Source: Treponema sp. UBA4328 (lineage in GTDB: Bacteria; Spirochaetota; Spirochaetia; Treponematales; Treponemataceae). From it: a stretch of 46,554 bases of DNA. The translations under genes and the position numbers were made by a program. This document shows, piece by piece, positions 18,464-27,624 of the stretch (position 1 is its first letter; each line of letters begins with the position of its first letter). The stretch is from the NCBI GenBank assembly GCA_002394465.1, contig DGTU01000003.1, positions 1-46,554 on the forward strand. Reading direction: 5' to 3'. The notes under the pieces are model-generated. The model ran no database searches, was not told where the DNA came from, and was given only the letters and a program-made list of their open reading frames with translations.

Positions 18464-19645
18464 TTATGACTTATTTTTAACTGCGCTGAGCATTACAAGC
18501 GCAATGCTCTGGAGCGGAACTATTTTATCAACTGCTCCGGCCTTTACGGCTTCTCCCGGCATTCCGTATACGATACAGCTTGCTTCATCCTGTGCAATGT
18601 TAAAGGAACCTGTATCATGCATTTCCTTCATGCCCTTGGCACCGTCATCACCCATACCTGTCATGATGATGCCGATCGCATTTTTGCCGGCATATCTTGC
18701 AGCTGACCTGAAAAGAACGTCAACGGAAGGTCTGTGCCTTGAAACGAGAGGTCCTTCCCTGACTTCGACAACATACTGTCCGCCGGAACGCTTAAGCAGG
18801 GTATGATAATTACCCGGAGCAATCAGAGCCTGGCCTTTTACGACCTTGTCTCCGTCAGCAGCTTCTTTTACAGAAATCTTGCACAGTCCGTTAAGCCTCT
18901 GCGCAAACGCATTGGTAAAGTGCTCAGGCATATGCTGAACGATAACCATTCCCGGACAGTCTGCAGGCAAAGCCGTAAGGAAATCCTTGAGAGCCTCAGT
19001 TCCGCCTGTACTTGCACCTACAACTACGACTGTTTCCGTTGTCTCGGTTACAGTCTGACCAGGACCCGGTTTCGGAAGGATTACGTCTGCACTCAGTTTC
19101 GGCTGAATTCCGCCGCGCGGTGCCGGAGAAGATGATTCAAACATTTTCTTTGGAACCGGCTTTTCTTCATCTTCACCCGGAAGGGATTCAAGATATGCCT
19201 TTGAATGCAGTTCGACCTGTGAAGGCATGAGCTTCTTGATTTTACCAGAGCATTTATATGCCGAAGTGATTGCATCTGAAATTATGATTTTTGATTCTTC
19301 AATGAACCGTTTTGTTCCTACTGCAGGTTTGAGGATTACGGCAGCAGCCCCGTACTCATAGGCAAGGACAGCCTCCTTTGAACCTTTTGAAACGAGAGAT
19401 GAACATATTACGATAGGAATCGGGTCTATCGTTTCATTCATCTTGCGGAGGAACGTAAGTCCGTCCATACGGGCCATCTCGATGTCGCTTATAATTACAT
19501 CCGGACGGTTGCGCTGGATTTTTCTGACTGCTATAAAAGGATCCGGAGCAGTATCCGTTATCTTTATTTCAGGATCGCCCTTGAGAACATTTGTCATTGT
19601 TGTCCGGACCAGAGCCGAATCATCTATTATCATTACCTTTATCAT
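18464..19645 (-). CDS. cheB: Chemotaxis methylesterase
   Basis: REC domain plus [29 protein letters not shown]. Confidence 0.95.
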   Translation of the reverse strand: MIKVMIIDDSALVRTTMTNVLKGDPEIKITDTAPDPFIAVRKIQRNRPDVIISDIEMARMDGLTFLRKMNETIDPIPIVICSSLVSKGSKEAVLAYEYGAAAVILKPAVGTKRFIEESKIIISDAITSAYKCSGKIKKLMPSQVELHSKAYLESLPGEDEEKPVPKKMFESSSPAPRGGIQPKLSADVILPKPGPGQTVTETTETVVVVGASTGGTEALKDFLTALPADCPGMVIVQHMPEHFTNAFAQRLNGLCKISVKEAADGDKVVKGQALIAPGNYHTLLKRSGGQYVVEVREGPLVSRHRPSVDVLFRSAARYAGKNAIGIIMTGMGDDGAKGMKEMHDTGSFNIAQDEASCIVYGMPGEAVKAGAVDKIVPLQSIALVMLSAVKNKS

Positions 19646-19659
19646 TTTGTTCTCCAGTT

Positions 19660-20532
19660 CTAAATCTTCTTGAATACCGTCGGTGCTACAGTCTGCAGCG
19701 GCAGATCCATTCCGAAAATAGTTTCAGAATGTCCGAGGAACAGATATCCGCCCGGTATAAGATGGTCAGTCAGTTTCCGTATGACCTCTTCCTGCATTTT
19801 TTTGTCAAAATAGATAAGCACATTCCTGCAGAAAATAATATTCTTCGGGGATGAAACCGGATATCTGTCGCTCATAAAATTCAAACGTTCAAATTTTACC
19901 TTTTCGCGCGTAGTCTTATTTACGCGTACGAGGTTAGCCTGCGGATCCCTGCTCTTGAGGAAATACTGTTTCTTGCAGTCATAACTCAACTGCTCGACAC
20001 TCTCCATCGGATATACCGCATTTATTGCCTTTGCAAGAACGCGTGAAGAAATATCCGTAGCCAGAATCTTATAGTCCCTGAACTGTCCCGGATGTTTTTT
20101 CATGTATTCCTGCATTACGATCGAAAGAGTATAAGGTTCCTCACCGCTTGAACAGCCTGCAGACCAGAGTTCAATTGTATGAAAATCCCTCTTGAACATT
20201 TCCGGGAGAACTGCATTCATTACATAGTCAAAGTGCTGGCTTTCCCTGAAAAAATGCGTAAGGTTTGTCGTAATTGCATCGATCATGAGTGCAATTTCTT
20301 CGTTACCCTCAACATTCTGGTTAAAGGTGTACTTAATGTAATCGTCAAAATTGTCAAAATTAAGGGCCTTGATTCTCGGATAAAGCCTGGACTGAACCAT
20401 AAGCTTTTTCGCAACAGGCATTTTTATCCCGACGTTGTTCTGAATAAAATCAGACAGCAGCTTAAACTGAGCATCTGTAAGTTCCATTTTTGCGGGAGCC
20501 ATGATCCCGTTAGCTGTGTTTTTTGCTTCCAT
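19660..20532 (-). CDS. cheR: Chemotaxis methyltransferase
   Basis: [43 protein letters not shown]. Confidence 0.95.
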   Translation of the reverse strand: MEAKNTANGIMAPAKMELTDAQFKLLSDFIQNNVGIKMPVAKKLMVQSRLYPRIKALNFDNFDDYIKYTFNQNVEGNEEIALMIDAITTNLTHFFRESQHFDYVMNAVLPEMFKRDFHTIELWSAGCSSGEEPYTLSIVMQEYMKKHPGQFRDYKILATDISSRVLAKAINAVYPMESVEQLSYDCKKQYFLKSRDPQANLVRVNKTTREKVKFERLNFMSDRYPVSSPKNIIFCRNVLIYFDKKMQEEVIRKLTDHLIPGGYLFLGHSETIFGMDLPLQTVAPTVFKKI

Positions 20533-22624
20533 TCTTTACCTGCGTTTTCCGCAAAATTTCTGATAACCTGAATACGTCAATGACGAGCGCCACGGAACCG
20601 TCACCGAGAATCGTTGAACTGGAAATTCCGAGGGAATTTTTATAGACGTTTCCAAGAGGCTTGATTACGATCTGATGGTCACCGAGAATTTTATCTACGA
20701 TGAGACCGAAGCAGTTGTTCTGGTCATTTACGGCAACGATTTCCTGTGCTTCAGGTTCCGGAGATTTATCCTTGAAATAACGCCTCAGGCTGATGCACTT
20801 CATTTCTTCACCATGGAGGTCTACCGTCGGGAACATTCCGTCTTCTTTTTTGCCGCGCGGACAAAGCAGACATTCCTGAATCGTATTAAGAGGAATAACA
20901 TATTTTGCCTCCCCGATGCGTACGAGCATACCGTCGATGATTGCAAGGGTAAGCGGAATCTTGAGCAGGAAAGCCGTTCCTTTCTGGAATTCAGTTTCGA
21001 TTGCAACCGTACCGTTGAGGCTTTCAATGTCCTTTTTGACGACATCAAGACCTACACCGCGGCCGCTTATTGAAGTAACCTGTTTTGCAGTAGAGAATCC
21101 CGGATGGAATATAAGGTCATATATTTCTTCATCAGTAAGTTTCTGATCTTCTGTAATGATTCCCTTTTCAATTCCCTTCTTTCTGATGACTTCCTTGTCG
21201 ATTCCGTGTCCGTCATCGCTGATTTTTATGAGAACCGATGCACCGGCATGAATTGCAGAAAGCGTAACCTTTCCAAGCGGATTCTTTCCGTATGCGATTC
21301 GTTCTGAAGGAAGTTCAATACCATGATCCACTGAGTTACGCACAAGGTGAAGGAGCGGATCATTTAATTTTTCAATTACGTTTTTATCAAGTTCAGTTTC
21401 AGCACCTTCAATTACAAGTTCAATTGACTTGCCGAGCTGTTCTGACAGGTCACGGACGGTTCTCCTGAATTTCTGGAAGAGGGTTCCGATTGAAACCATT
21501 CTCATTCCCATTGAAGCGTCCCTCAGGTGAACTACAAGGCGTGAACACTGTTCTGCAAGGTTTCTGAGTGACTGGTTGTTTGATTCTTCACTGACCTGTT
21601 CGAGGTGTGCATTGAACGTTACAAGTTCGCCGACAAGATCCACGAGCTTATCAAGCTTGACTGAATTGACGCGGATTGAAGCCTGCATTCCCTGTCCCGG
21701 ATTCGTTCCGTGGTCAAGGCTTATGTTCCTCAGGTGCTTCTGTTCGGCCATTGCCGACTGAATCTGATTCTGAGTAATGATTTTTTTATCAACGAGGATC
21801 TCACCGATTTTCATGTGCTGTGAGATTACTGAATCAATCGTTTCCTGAGCAACCTGACCGCGGTCAACAAGAATTTCTCCGATCCTGAGCTGATTGTCAG
21901 AAGTGAATTCGATTTTCTGAACATCAACCTTAGACTCGTTGTCCAGGAAGATGAATACATCGTTTATGTCGTTGCGGGATTTTTTTGTTGAAAGGACGAT
22001 ATCCCATGCAAAGTAACACTGTTCGGCATCAAGTTCAGAAAGCGGCGGGAGTTCCTCATAGAAAGGAGTTACTGTCGCAGTTCCCATCTCGCTCAATTCC
22101 TTTACAAGGAGTTCCGGACGGGTTCCGTTGTGCATTATGTTCTTTGACGGCCTGAATTTAATTCTGTAGTGAGCATCTTCCTCTTCTGCCTTAGCCGGAG
22201 CAGCAGAAAACTGTACGGCACTTCCTGAAGACTTGTCTGAATCCTGGGTATTTGCAAACGCCTTGAACTGAGTGATAAGGTCATCAGCACGGGTCATTAT
22301 TGTTCCAGGGATATCTGCACCGCTTGTAAGCATGTCACGGATCAGGTCGCGTGCCTTAAGCGTAAGGTCGATGAGCGCAGGTGTAACGGCAAGATTTCCG
22401 TTTCGTGCCTGATCCATTACGGATTCAACCTGATGCGTAAATGACGAAACGACATTAAAGCCGAACATCGCAGCCGAGCCTTTGATTGTATGCATTGCCC
22501 TGAATACGGCAGCAATAGTTTCCTGATCATCAGGATTATTTTCGAGTGTCAGAAGCTGGTCTTCAAGATTATCAAGGAGTTCATTGGCTTCATCAAAGAA
22601 AACAGAATTAAGCTGATCAAGCAT
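20510..22624 (-). CDS. cheA: Chemotaxis histidine kinase with MshEN-like insert
   Basis: Hpt FRAMHTIKGSA, P2-like domain, IRVNSVKLDKLVDLVGEL, HLVRNSVDHGIE, DDGHG, SGRGVGLDVV, PLTLAII, CheW-like P5; start 22624 has AGGAGG RBS. Confidence 0.95.
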   Translation of the reverse strand: MLDQLNSVFFDEANELLDNLEDQLLTLENNPDDQETIAAVFRAMHTIKGSAAMFGFNVVSSFTHQVESVMDQARNGNLAVTPALIDLTLKARDLIRDMLTSGADIPGTIMTRADDLITQFKAFANTQDSDKSSGSAVQFSAAPAKAEEEDAHYRIKFRPSKNIMHNGTRPELLVKELSEMGTATVTPFYEELPPLSELDAEQCYFAWDIVLSTKKSRNDINDVFIFLDNESKVDVQKIEFTSDNQLRIGEILVDRGQVAQETIDSVISQHMKIGEILVDKKIITQNQIQSAMAEQKHLRNISLDHGTNPGQGMQASIRVNSVKLDKLVDLVGELVTFNAHLEQVSEESNNQSLRNLAEQCSRLVVHLRDASMGMRMVSIGTLFQKFRRTVRDLSEQLGKSIELVIEGAETELDKNVIEKLNDPLLHLVRNSVDHGIELPSERIAYGKNPLGKVTLSAIHAGASVLIKISDDGHGIDKEVIRKKGIEKGIITEDQKLTDEEIYDLIFHPGFSTAKQVTSISGRGVGLDVVKKDIESLNGTVAIETEFQKGTAFLLKIPLTLAIIDGMLVRIGEAKYVIPLNTIQECLLCPRGKKEDGMFPTVDLHGEEMKCISLRRYFKDKSPEPEAQEIVAVNDQNNCFGLIVDKILGDHQIVIKPLGNVYKNSLGISSSTILGDGSVALVIDVFRLSEILRKTQVKNGSKKHS

Positions 22625-22931
22625 GCGGGCCTCCTGCAAGATTCAGCTGGTCCAGTGCAATTCCGAAGCCGCTTGCAAATTCTATGATTTCCTGCGGAAT
22701 GTTTTCCTTGAGGAAGAATTTCTTTTTCTGTTTTTCAGCCTCTTTTCCGGCAGCAAGAATAATCTGTATTCCCGTTATATCTATGTCCGTTACGGCTGAA
22801 ATATCAAGCTCGATATTTTTTCCCTTAGAGAATTCATCAAGCAGTTTCTCACGAAGGGACACTGCCTCTTCTATTCCGGCACAGCCTTCCCAGGTAACCG
22901 TAACAACATCATCATTTTTTTTCTGCGCCAT
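22617..22931 (-). CDS. STAS-domain protein
   Basis: LDISAVTDIDITGIQII STAS motif; GGAG upstream of ATG 22931; overlaps cheA start. Confidence 0.8.
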   Translation of the reverse strand: MAQKKNDDVVTVTWEGCAGIEEAVSLREKLLDEFSKGKNIELDISAVTDIDITGIQIILAAGKEAEKQKKKFFLKENIPQEIIEFASGFGIALDQLNLAGGPHA

Positions 22932-22954
22932 CCGCCCTACTCCAAAATAAAAAA

Positions 22955-22983
22955 TTGCTAATACCAGAAAACTAAAGTATACT
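22955..22983 (+). promoter_or_regulatory. Probable cheW promoter
   Basis: TTGCTA-17-TATACT, followed by GGGAG RBS before ATG 23019. Confidence 0.55.
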
Positions 22984-23018
22984 ACTAATAGTTTACAGCC
23001 ACTTATGGGAGTCGTCAA

Positions 23019-23516
23019 ATGGAAGAAAACAACACTGATTCATATTTTTCATTTAATCTCGCAAACGGAATGTTTTCTGTGCCGATTGCTTTCGTTCAGG
23101 AAGTTTTTGAGTACAAAACCATTACCGTCGTACCGAATTCCATGCCATACCTCAAAGGCGTAATGAATGTCCGCGGAGGTGTTGTTCCTATCGCTGACCT
23201 GAGATGCCTTTTCAGTTTTAAGGCAGACGACGACCTGAACGGAACTTCCATAATCGTTCTTGAAATCCCTCAGAAAACCGGCAAAAGCCTTCAGCTCGGA
23301 ATCATTGCGGATTCAGTCGATGTCGTAAGCACACTGAATTTTATTCCTGCAGAATCAACAAATTACGGTATTCCGGAAGACAAAAAGAACTTCATCCAGT
23401 CAGTTGCACGCCGTGGTGACGACTTTATTCTCGTACTGGATGTTCCGGCCATCATGAGCTTTATTGAAACGGATGTCAGCAGGACAGAAACTGTAAATAT
23501 CGAAGACTTAAAATAG
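23019..23516 (+). CDS. cheW: Chemotaxis adaptor CheW (opposite strand to the rest of the cluster)
   Basis: VQEV...ITVVP...YLKGVMNVRGGVVPIADLR, GIIADSV, ILVLD. Confidence 0.92.
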   Translation: MEENNTDSYFSFNLANGMFSVPIAFVQEVFEYKTITVVPNSMPYLKGVMNVRGGVVPIADLRCLFSFKADDDLNGTSIIVLEIPQKTGKSLQLGIIADSVDVVSTLNFIPAESTNYGIPEDKKNFIQSVARRGDDFILVLDVPAIMSFIETDVSRTETVNIEDLK

Positions 23517-23528
23517 ACTTACCGAAAG

Positions 23529-24104
23529 TTACATGCCCTCAAGGGATTCAAAATACTTTATTTCCTTATCCTTGAGGAATTCATTGTCCTTAACCTGCGC
23601 ATTCTTGATGTATTTGAGGTAAACCTTAAAGGAATGCGGATCAAAGAATATTTTTCTTGGAAGAACTCCGCCAGTATCTGAATTGACGATTTTTATTTTA
23701 TTTTCTTCAAGCCAGTCAAAGGCAAATTTAATGTTTACGGAACCAATCTGTGCAACCGTATTCTCAGGGAAACTGAAAATATTTCCGCCGCCGAACACTT
23801 TTGCAACACAGCGCGAGATTACAGCTCCTTTTTCCTTCATGCTGTCTACAAGAAGTCCCATCGCATATTCACCGAATTTTCCAGGTGTCGAAGTTTTTTC
23901 AGCCGCACCTGCAGAATGTCCGCTGTCTTTTGCAAGCATAAAGTGATTCATTCCGCCCACACCGGAAACAGGATCATAGAGGATAATACTTACACATGAA
24001 CCGAGAACAGTGGAAATCATTTCTTCACCGCCGGAAGCCCAGAATTCACCGGGATAAATGGTTACCATGTCCTTCTTGAAATAAAGGTCGTAATACTTAT
24101 TCAT
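23529..24104 (-). CDS. cheD: Chemoreceptor glutamine deamidase
   Basis: IYPGE, TVLGSCVS, GGMNHFML, AKVFGGG, IG..N, DTGG..PRKI.F. Confidence 0.92.
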   Translation of the reverse strand: MNKYYDLYFKKDMVTIYPGEFWASGGEEMISTVLGSCVSIILYDPVSGVGGMNHFMLAKDSGHSAGAAEKTSTPGKFGEYAMGLLVDSMKEKGAVISRCVAKVFGGGNIFSFPENTVAQIGSVNIKFAFDWLEENKIKIVNSDTGGVLPRKIFFDPHSFKVYLKYIKNAQVKDNEFLKDKEIKYFESLEGM

Positions 24105-25801
24105 CAGAAGAACGTAACATCTCCTGAAGGAGCTCCCGTAACAGGGATTTCCTGATGTGTAGCCAGCTTGAGCTTCATGAGGACATCATTGAATGCAGCG
24201 TTTTTGATTTCCCAGCTTGAAACGGAATTCTGTCTGAACAGGGCTTCCCGTTTTACTTCAAATTCCTGCTCGCATGCTGAAAGAGTATCAATAAGACCTG
24301 TAAGCTGCTCAAAGAGGGACTGTATGTCATGGAGATCTTTATCAACGAGATTACAGTTTTCCTCGAAATCTGCAGGGAAAATCGTAAAGTTGTTTATAAT
24401 GCTTGCAATTCTTCCGCTGGTACTCTGAAGGGAATCAAAGAACTGATTTTTGCTTGTCCTGAGCGAATGCATTGCCGAATTGTCTTTTGCAAGGGAATCC
24501 GTAAAGGTTTTAAGAAGAATTGTAGTATCACGGATAAAAGCTTCAAGAAGAGTCTGCATTACATCAAGCGAAGCGTTTGCATCATTTATGAGGTTATCCA
24601 TATCAGTAACTGAATCACGGACAGAACTGATTGCTTCGTTCTTTGAAACTTCAATCTGCTGAAGGATCCTTACGTGATGCAGACGGCTCATTACAGGACG
24701 CAGGTTCTCGAATACTGCATACATTGTACGTGCCTTTTCAGTAATATTCTGACATATATGGAGAAGGTCTTTCTGAACGACCTGATAGGTTACGAACTCG
24801 TTGATCATTCCCTGGAAGATACCGATCAGACGGTCGAGGGTTGCAAGGATATTGTCAGAGCTTGAAATCTGTGTATCAAGGAATTTAACCTGGAAGTTAG
24901 TCTTCTGGGTCTGAAGAATGCTCATCGTATTGGTTACGTCATCCCAGTTTGTCTGGAATATTCCCATACTGCTTGTAAGGTCCTTATTTACTGATTCAAG
25001 AATCGACTTTGCAATAGTATAAAGTTCAATCTTGAACTGAATGTCATCAAGTTCCTGTTCAGCTGAAGCGAATGTCGACGGGCATTTTTCTGCATATTCA
25101 AGGGAATTGCCGACATGTTCAAGTGCCTGCCTTACAATATCCTGCAGCTGGAGGCATTCCATTGCCTTCTGAATGCGCGGATAAATCTTGCCGATATTTA
25201 CATCCATCTCAGAAAGAGGCGTATTAACCCTGTTTATGAGCGCAGATATATCGCTTGAGCCGGAAGTTCCGGTTGCCGAAAGTTTCTTCTGTGAATTAAG
25301 GATGTCTTCGAATATTTTTTTAAGGTCATTGATGTAGGAAAGAAGGTTTTTCTCTTCTTCAAGGAGTTTATCAGAAAAAAGGAACATGTCATTCGAAAGC
25401 CTCTGAAGGTTTTCAGTAATGCGGCTGAAAGCGTGCCCCTTTTCACCTGACTTAATGGAAATTACCATTGCATTAAGGGCAATAAGCTCCATCTGCTCGG
25501 AATTTTCCTTCATTCCGGCGATAAGTCTGTCGAGTTCCGAAAGCTCTTCGATTTTTTTGTTGAGCTGTTCAAAAAGCGGATTGTATTTGTCACCATATCC
25601 GGTAAAGAGCGTCTTTTCTTCCTGAATGGATTTTTCATTCAGATCTGCAATACCATTCATTTCCTGCTGAAGGATTTTCAGTGCAGTGGAACTTGAATCC
25701 TTTGCCATCAGCGTCGGGAATAACCGTGCAAGCGAAAGGAAACTGTCCTCAGAGACTGCACTTATGTTCTTTATCTTCGATGTGACTTCTGCTATATCCA
25801 T
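24104..25801 (-). CDS. Atypical soluble MCP-like coiled-coil protein with CheZ-like motif
   Basis: Degenerate receptor tip MELIALNAMVISIKSGEKGHAFSRITENLQRLS; LQLQDIVRQALEHV; no TM segment; C-terminus GDVTFF. Confidence 0.65.
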   Translation of the reverse strand: MDIAEVTSKIKNISAVSEDSFLSLARLFPTLMAKDSSSTALKILQQEMNGIADLNEKSIQEEKTLFTGYGDKYNPLFEQLNKKIEELSELDRLIAGMKENSEQMELIALNAMVISIKSGEKGHAFSRITENLQRLSNDMFLFSDKLLEEEKNLLSYINDLKKIFEDILNSQKKLSATGTSGSSDISALINRVNTPLSEMDVNIGKIYPRIQKAMECLQLQDIVRQALEHVGNSLEYAEKCPSTFASAEQELDDIQFKIELYTIAKSILESVNKDLTSSMGIFQTNWDDVTNTMSILQTQKTNFQVKFLDTQISSSDNILATLDRLIGIFQGMINEFVTYQVVQKDLLHICQNITEKARTMYAVFENLRPVMSRLHHVRILQQIEVSKNEAISSVRDSVTDMDNLINDANASLDVMQTLLEAFIRDTTILLKTFTDSLAKDNSAMHSLRTSKNQFFDSLQSTSGRIASIINNFTIFPADFEENCNLVDKDLHDIQSLFEQLTGLIDTLSACEQEFEVKREALFRQNSVSSWEIKNAAFNDVLMKLKLATHQEIPVTGAPSGDVTFF

Positions 25802-25819
25802 AAAAAAGCTCCTGTAAAC

Positions 25820-26800
25820 TTATTCACCACTTTCAAATTCATTGCCGAGGACTTCAAGGTCATCCTCATCTTCACTGTCAAAGACATTCAGTTCATTGTA
25901 CTGATATGTATGCTCAAGAATACGAGTGACAGCAGTTCCTACTCCCTGAACGAATTTGCAGTCAGGCGCCGTAACCGCCAGCGGAGACCGCAAGGCAACC
26001 GCATAACTTACGCCTTCATCCTTTGGAAGGAACCCGACAAAATCCATTTTTATGCCGAGTTTGTTCATTACAAGGGAACGCAGCCGCTTAGCCATTTCAA
26101 GGTCAGCAGCCGTCTGTCCCATATTCATGATTGCCTGAGGCCTGTATTTTTCAAGTTCAGCCCTTGCAGCCTTTCCCGTAGCCTTAAATTTTTTGCATAC
26201 CTTCGTTACCATTTCCAGGAACGACATTTCCGTCCCGGATGTACTGCCGGCAATATATTCATCAATCATTCTGCGTTCATCACTCTTTGCCTTAAACTGC
26301 CGCATGAAAAAACGGAAGGCAGCGGCTTTAAGGAATGAATATGCGTTCATGACGGATGTAAGCTCAGGTGTAGACACAAGAATTGAATTATATGTAAGGA
26401 GATAAAAATCCAGCGTATTGTACGTGGTTCCTGCTCCGAGATCCATTATTACGTAATCTGCATCAAGTGAATTAAGACCTTTTATGATTTTGCGCTTGGT
26501 TCCCTGGTTGATGTTTGCAGTTCCAGGATAAAGGCAGTCACCGGCAATAAACTTTAAGTTCGGTTCAAAGGTGTCCTGCAGCAGTTCCGAAATGTCAGCT
26601 GTCTGCTTATATATGAAATTTCCAAGGCCTGCATGATTGTTCTTAAGCCCGAGCAGGGTGTGAAGATTCGCACCGCCCAGATCAAAATCTGCGAGAACAA
26701 CTTTTTTTGACTGTCTGGCAAGCAGGATTGCGAGGTTAACGGAAATGGAACTCTTACCGACACCGCCCTTGCCGCTCGCTATAGGAAGCAGGTTAACCAT
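25820..26800 (-). CDS. MinD/FlhG (ParA-superfamily) P-loop ATPase
   Basis: Deviant Walker A SGKGGVGKS, DFDLGGANLH, DYVIMDLGAG, STPELTS...AY. Confidence 0.88.
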   Translation of the reverse strand: MVNLLPIASGKGGVGKSSISVNLAILLARQSKKVVLADFDLGGANLHTLLGLKNNHAGLGNFIYKQTADISELLQDTFEPNLKFIAGDCLYPGTANINQGTKRKIIKGLNSLDADYVIMDLGAGTTYNTLDFYLLTYNSILVSTPELTSVMNAYSFLKAAAFRFFMRQFKAKSDERRMIDEYIAGSTSGTEMSFLEMVTKVCKKFKATGKAARAELEKYRPQAIMNMGQTAADLEMAKRLRSLVMNKLGIKMDFVGFLPKDEGVSYAVALRSPLAVTAPDCKFVQGVGTAVTRILEHTYQYNELNVFDSEDEDDLEVLGNEFESGE

Positions 26801-26866
26801 ATCATTTCAATTATAATGTAATCTGCGGAATTTACAATAAATTTAGAAATCGTTATGCTTATTTAT

Positions 26867-27499
26867 ATGAACAATTTATCCAGACTCTTTTTAATCCTGA
26901 CGACAGTTTTTTCTTTTACGGCAGTTTCATGTACAAAACCCGGTGACATTCAGGTTTCCCAGGCCGGAGAAGCATTCTATTCAAGGAATTTTCCGAAAAC
27001 AATCGAACTTCTGGACGAAGCGCTTGAACGGGGAACATCATATTCAGACAGTTATATTTACGTAATGAAATCAAAGGCATATCTTGCCCAGTCAGACTAT
27101 CTCAACGGAGCAGCAAGCCTTGAACTTGCAATGGCAGAACGTCCGGATTACCGCGAACTCATATCCCTAGGAATGTGCTACATGGTTCTCAAGGACTACG
27201 ACAATGCCGAAAAGTCTTACAGACGCGCCCTTGAACTCAACACAAAAAGCGGAGAAGCCTACGCAAGCCTCGGAGCACTCTACATAGACAAAAATGAACC
27301 GGCAAAAGCCCTCGAAAACCTCCTGCTCGCAGCAGAAAAAGCCCCTACCCTTTCGATAATCCACGCAAACCTCGCCGTAGCATACGCCATGAACGGAGAC
27401 AGTACGAATGCCCTGGCAGAACTGGACAAGGCAGAAGAGCTTCAGTGCCCGAACCTCGATGAATTCCGCCTTCGTGTAACGGAGTACAGTTCAAGGTAA
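26867..27499 (+). CDS. TPR-repeat lipoprotein
   Basis: TAVS-C lipobox; TPR patterns (LGMCYMVLKDYDNAEKSYRRALELN, AYASLGALY); TTTACA-17-TATGCT-7-ATG 26867. Confidence 0.85.
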   Translation: MNNLSRLFLILTTVFSFTAVSCTKPGDIQVSQAGEAFYSRNFPKTIELLDEALERGTSYSDSYIYVMKSKAYLAQSDYLNGAASLELAMAERPDYRELISLGMCYMVLKDYDNAEKSYRRALELNTKSGEAYASLGALYIDKNEPAKALENLLLAAEKAPTLSIIHANLAVAYAMNGDSTNALAELDKAEELQCPNLDEFRLRVTEYSSR

Positions 27500-27566
27500 A
27501 CACCCCGGGATATTATGATAATTTAGATTAAGAATTCATAACAAAGAGAAACAGGAAAATATAGCG

Positions 27567-27621
27567 TTGACAGGTTACCGAATGTTCGGTATTATAATGT
27601 TACCGTATGTTCGGTAACATT
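27567..27621 (+). promoter_or_regulatory. Efflux-operon promoter with two palindromic operators
   Basis: TTGACA(27567)-17-TATTAT; TACCGAATGTTCGGTA (27576-27591) and AATGTTACCG-TATGTT-CGGTAACATT (27596-27621). Confidence 0.8.
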
Positions 27622-27624
27622 GTC

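Noticed and set aside
27574-27616. CRISPR-like direct repeats
   Set aside because: Only two 18-bp copies with a 7-bp gap, lying over a promoter, and no cas genes; operator explanation fits better
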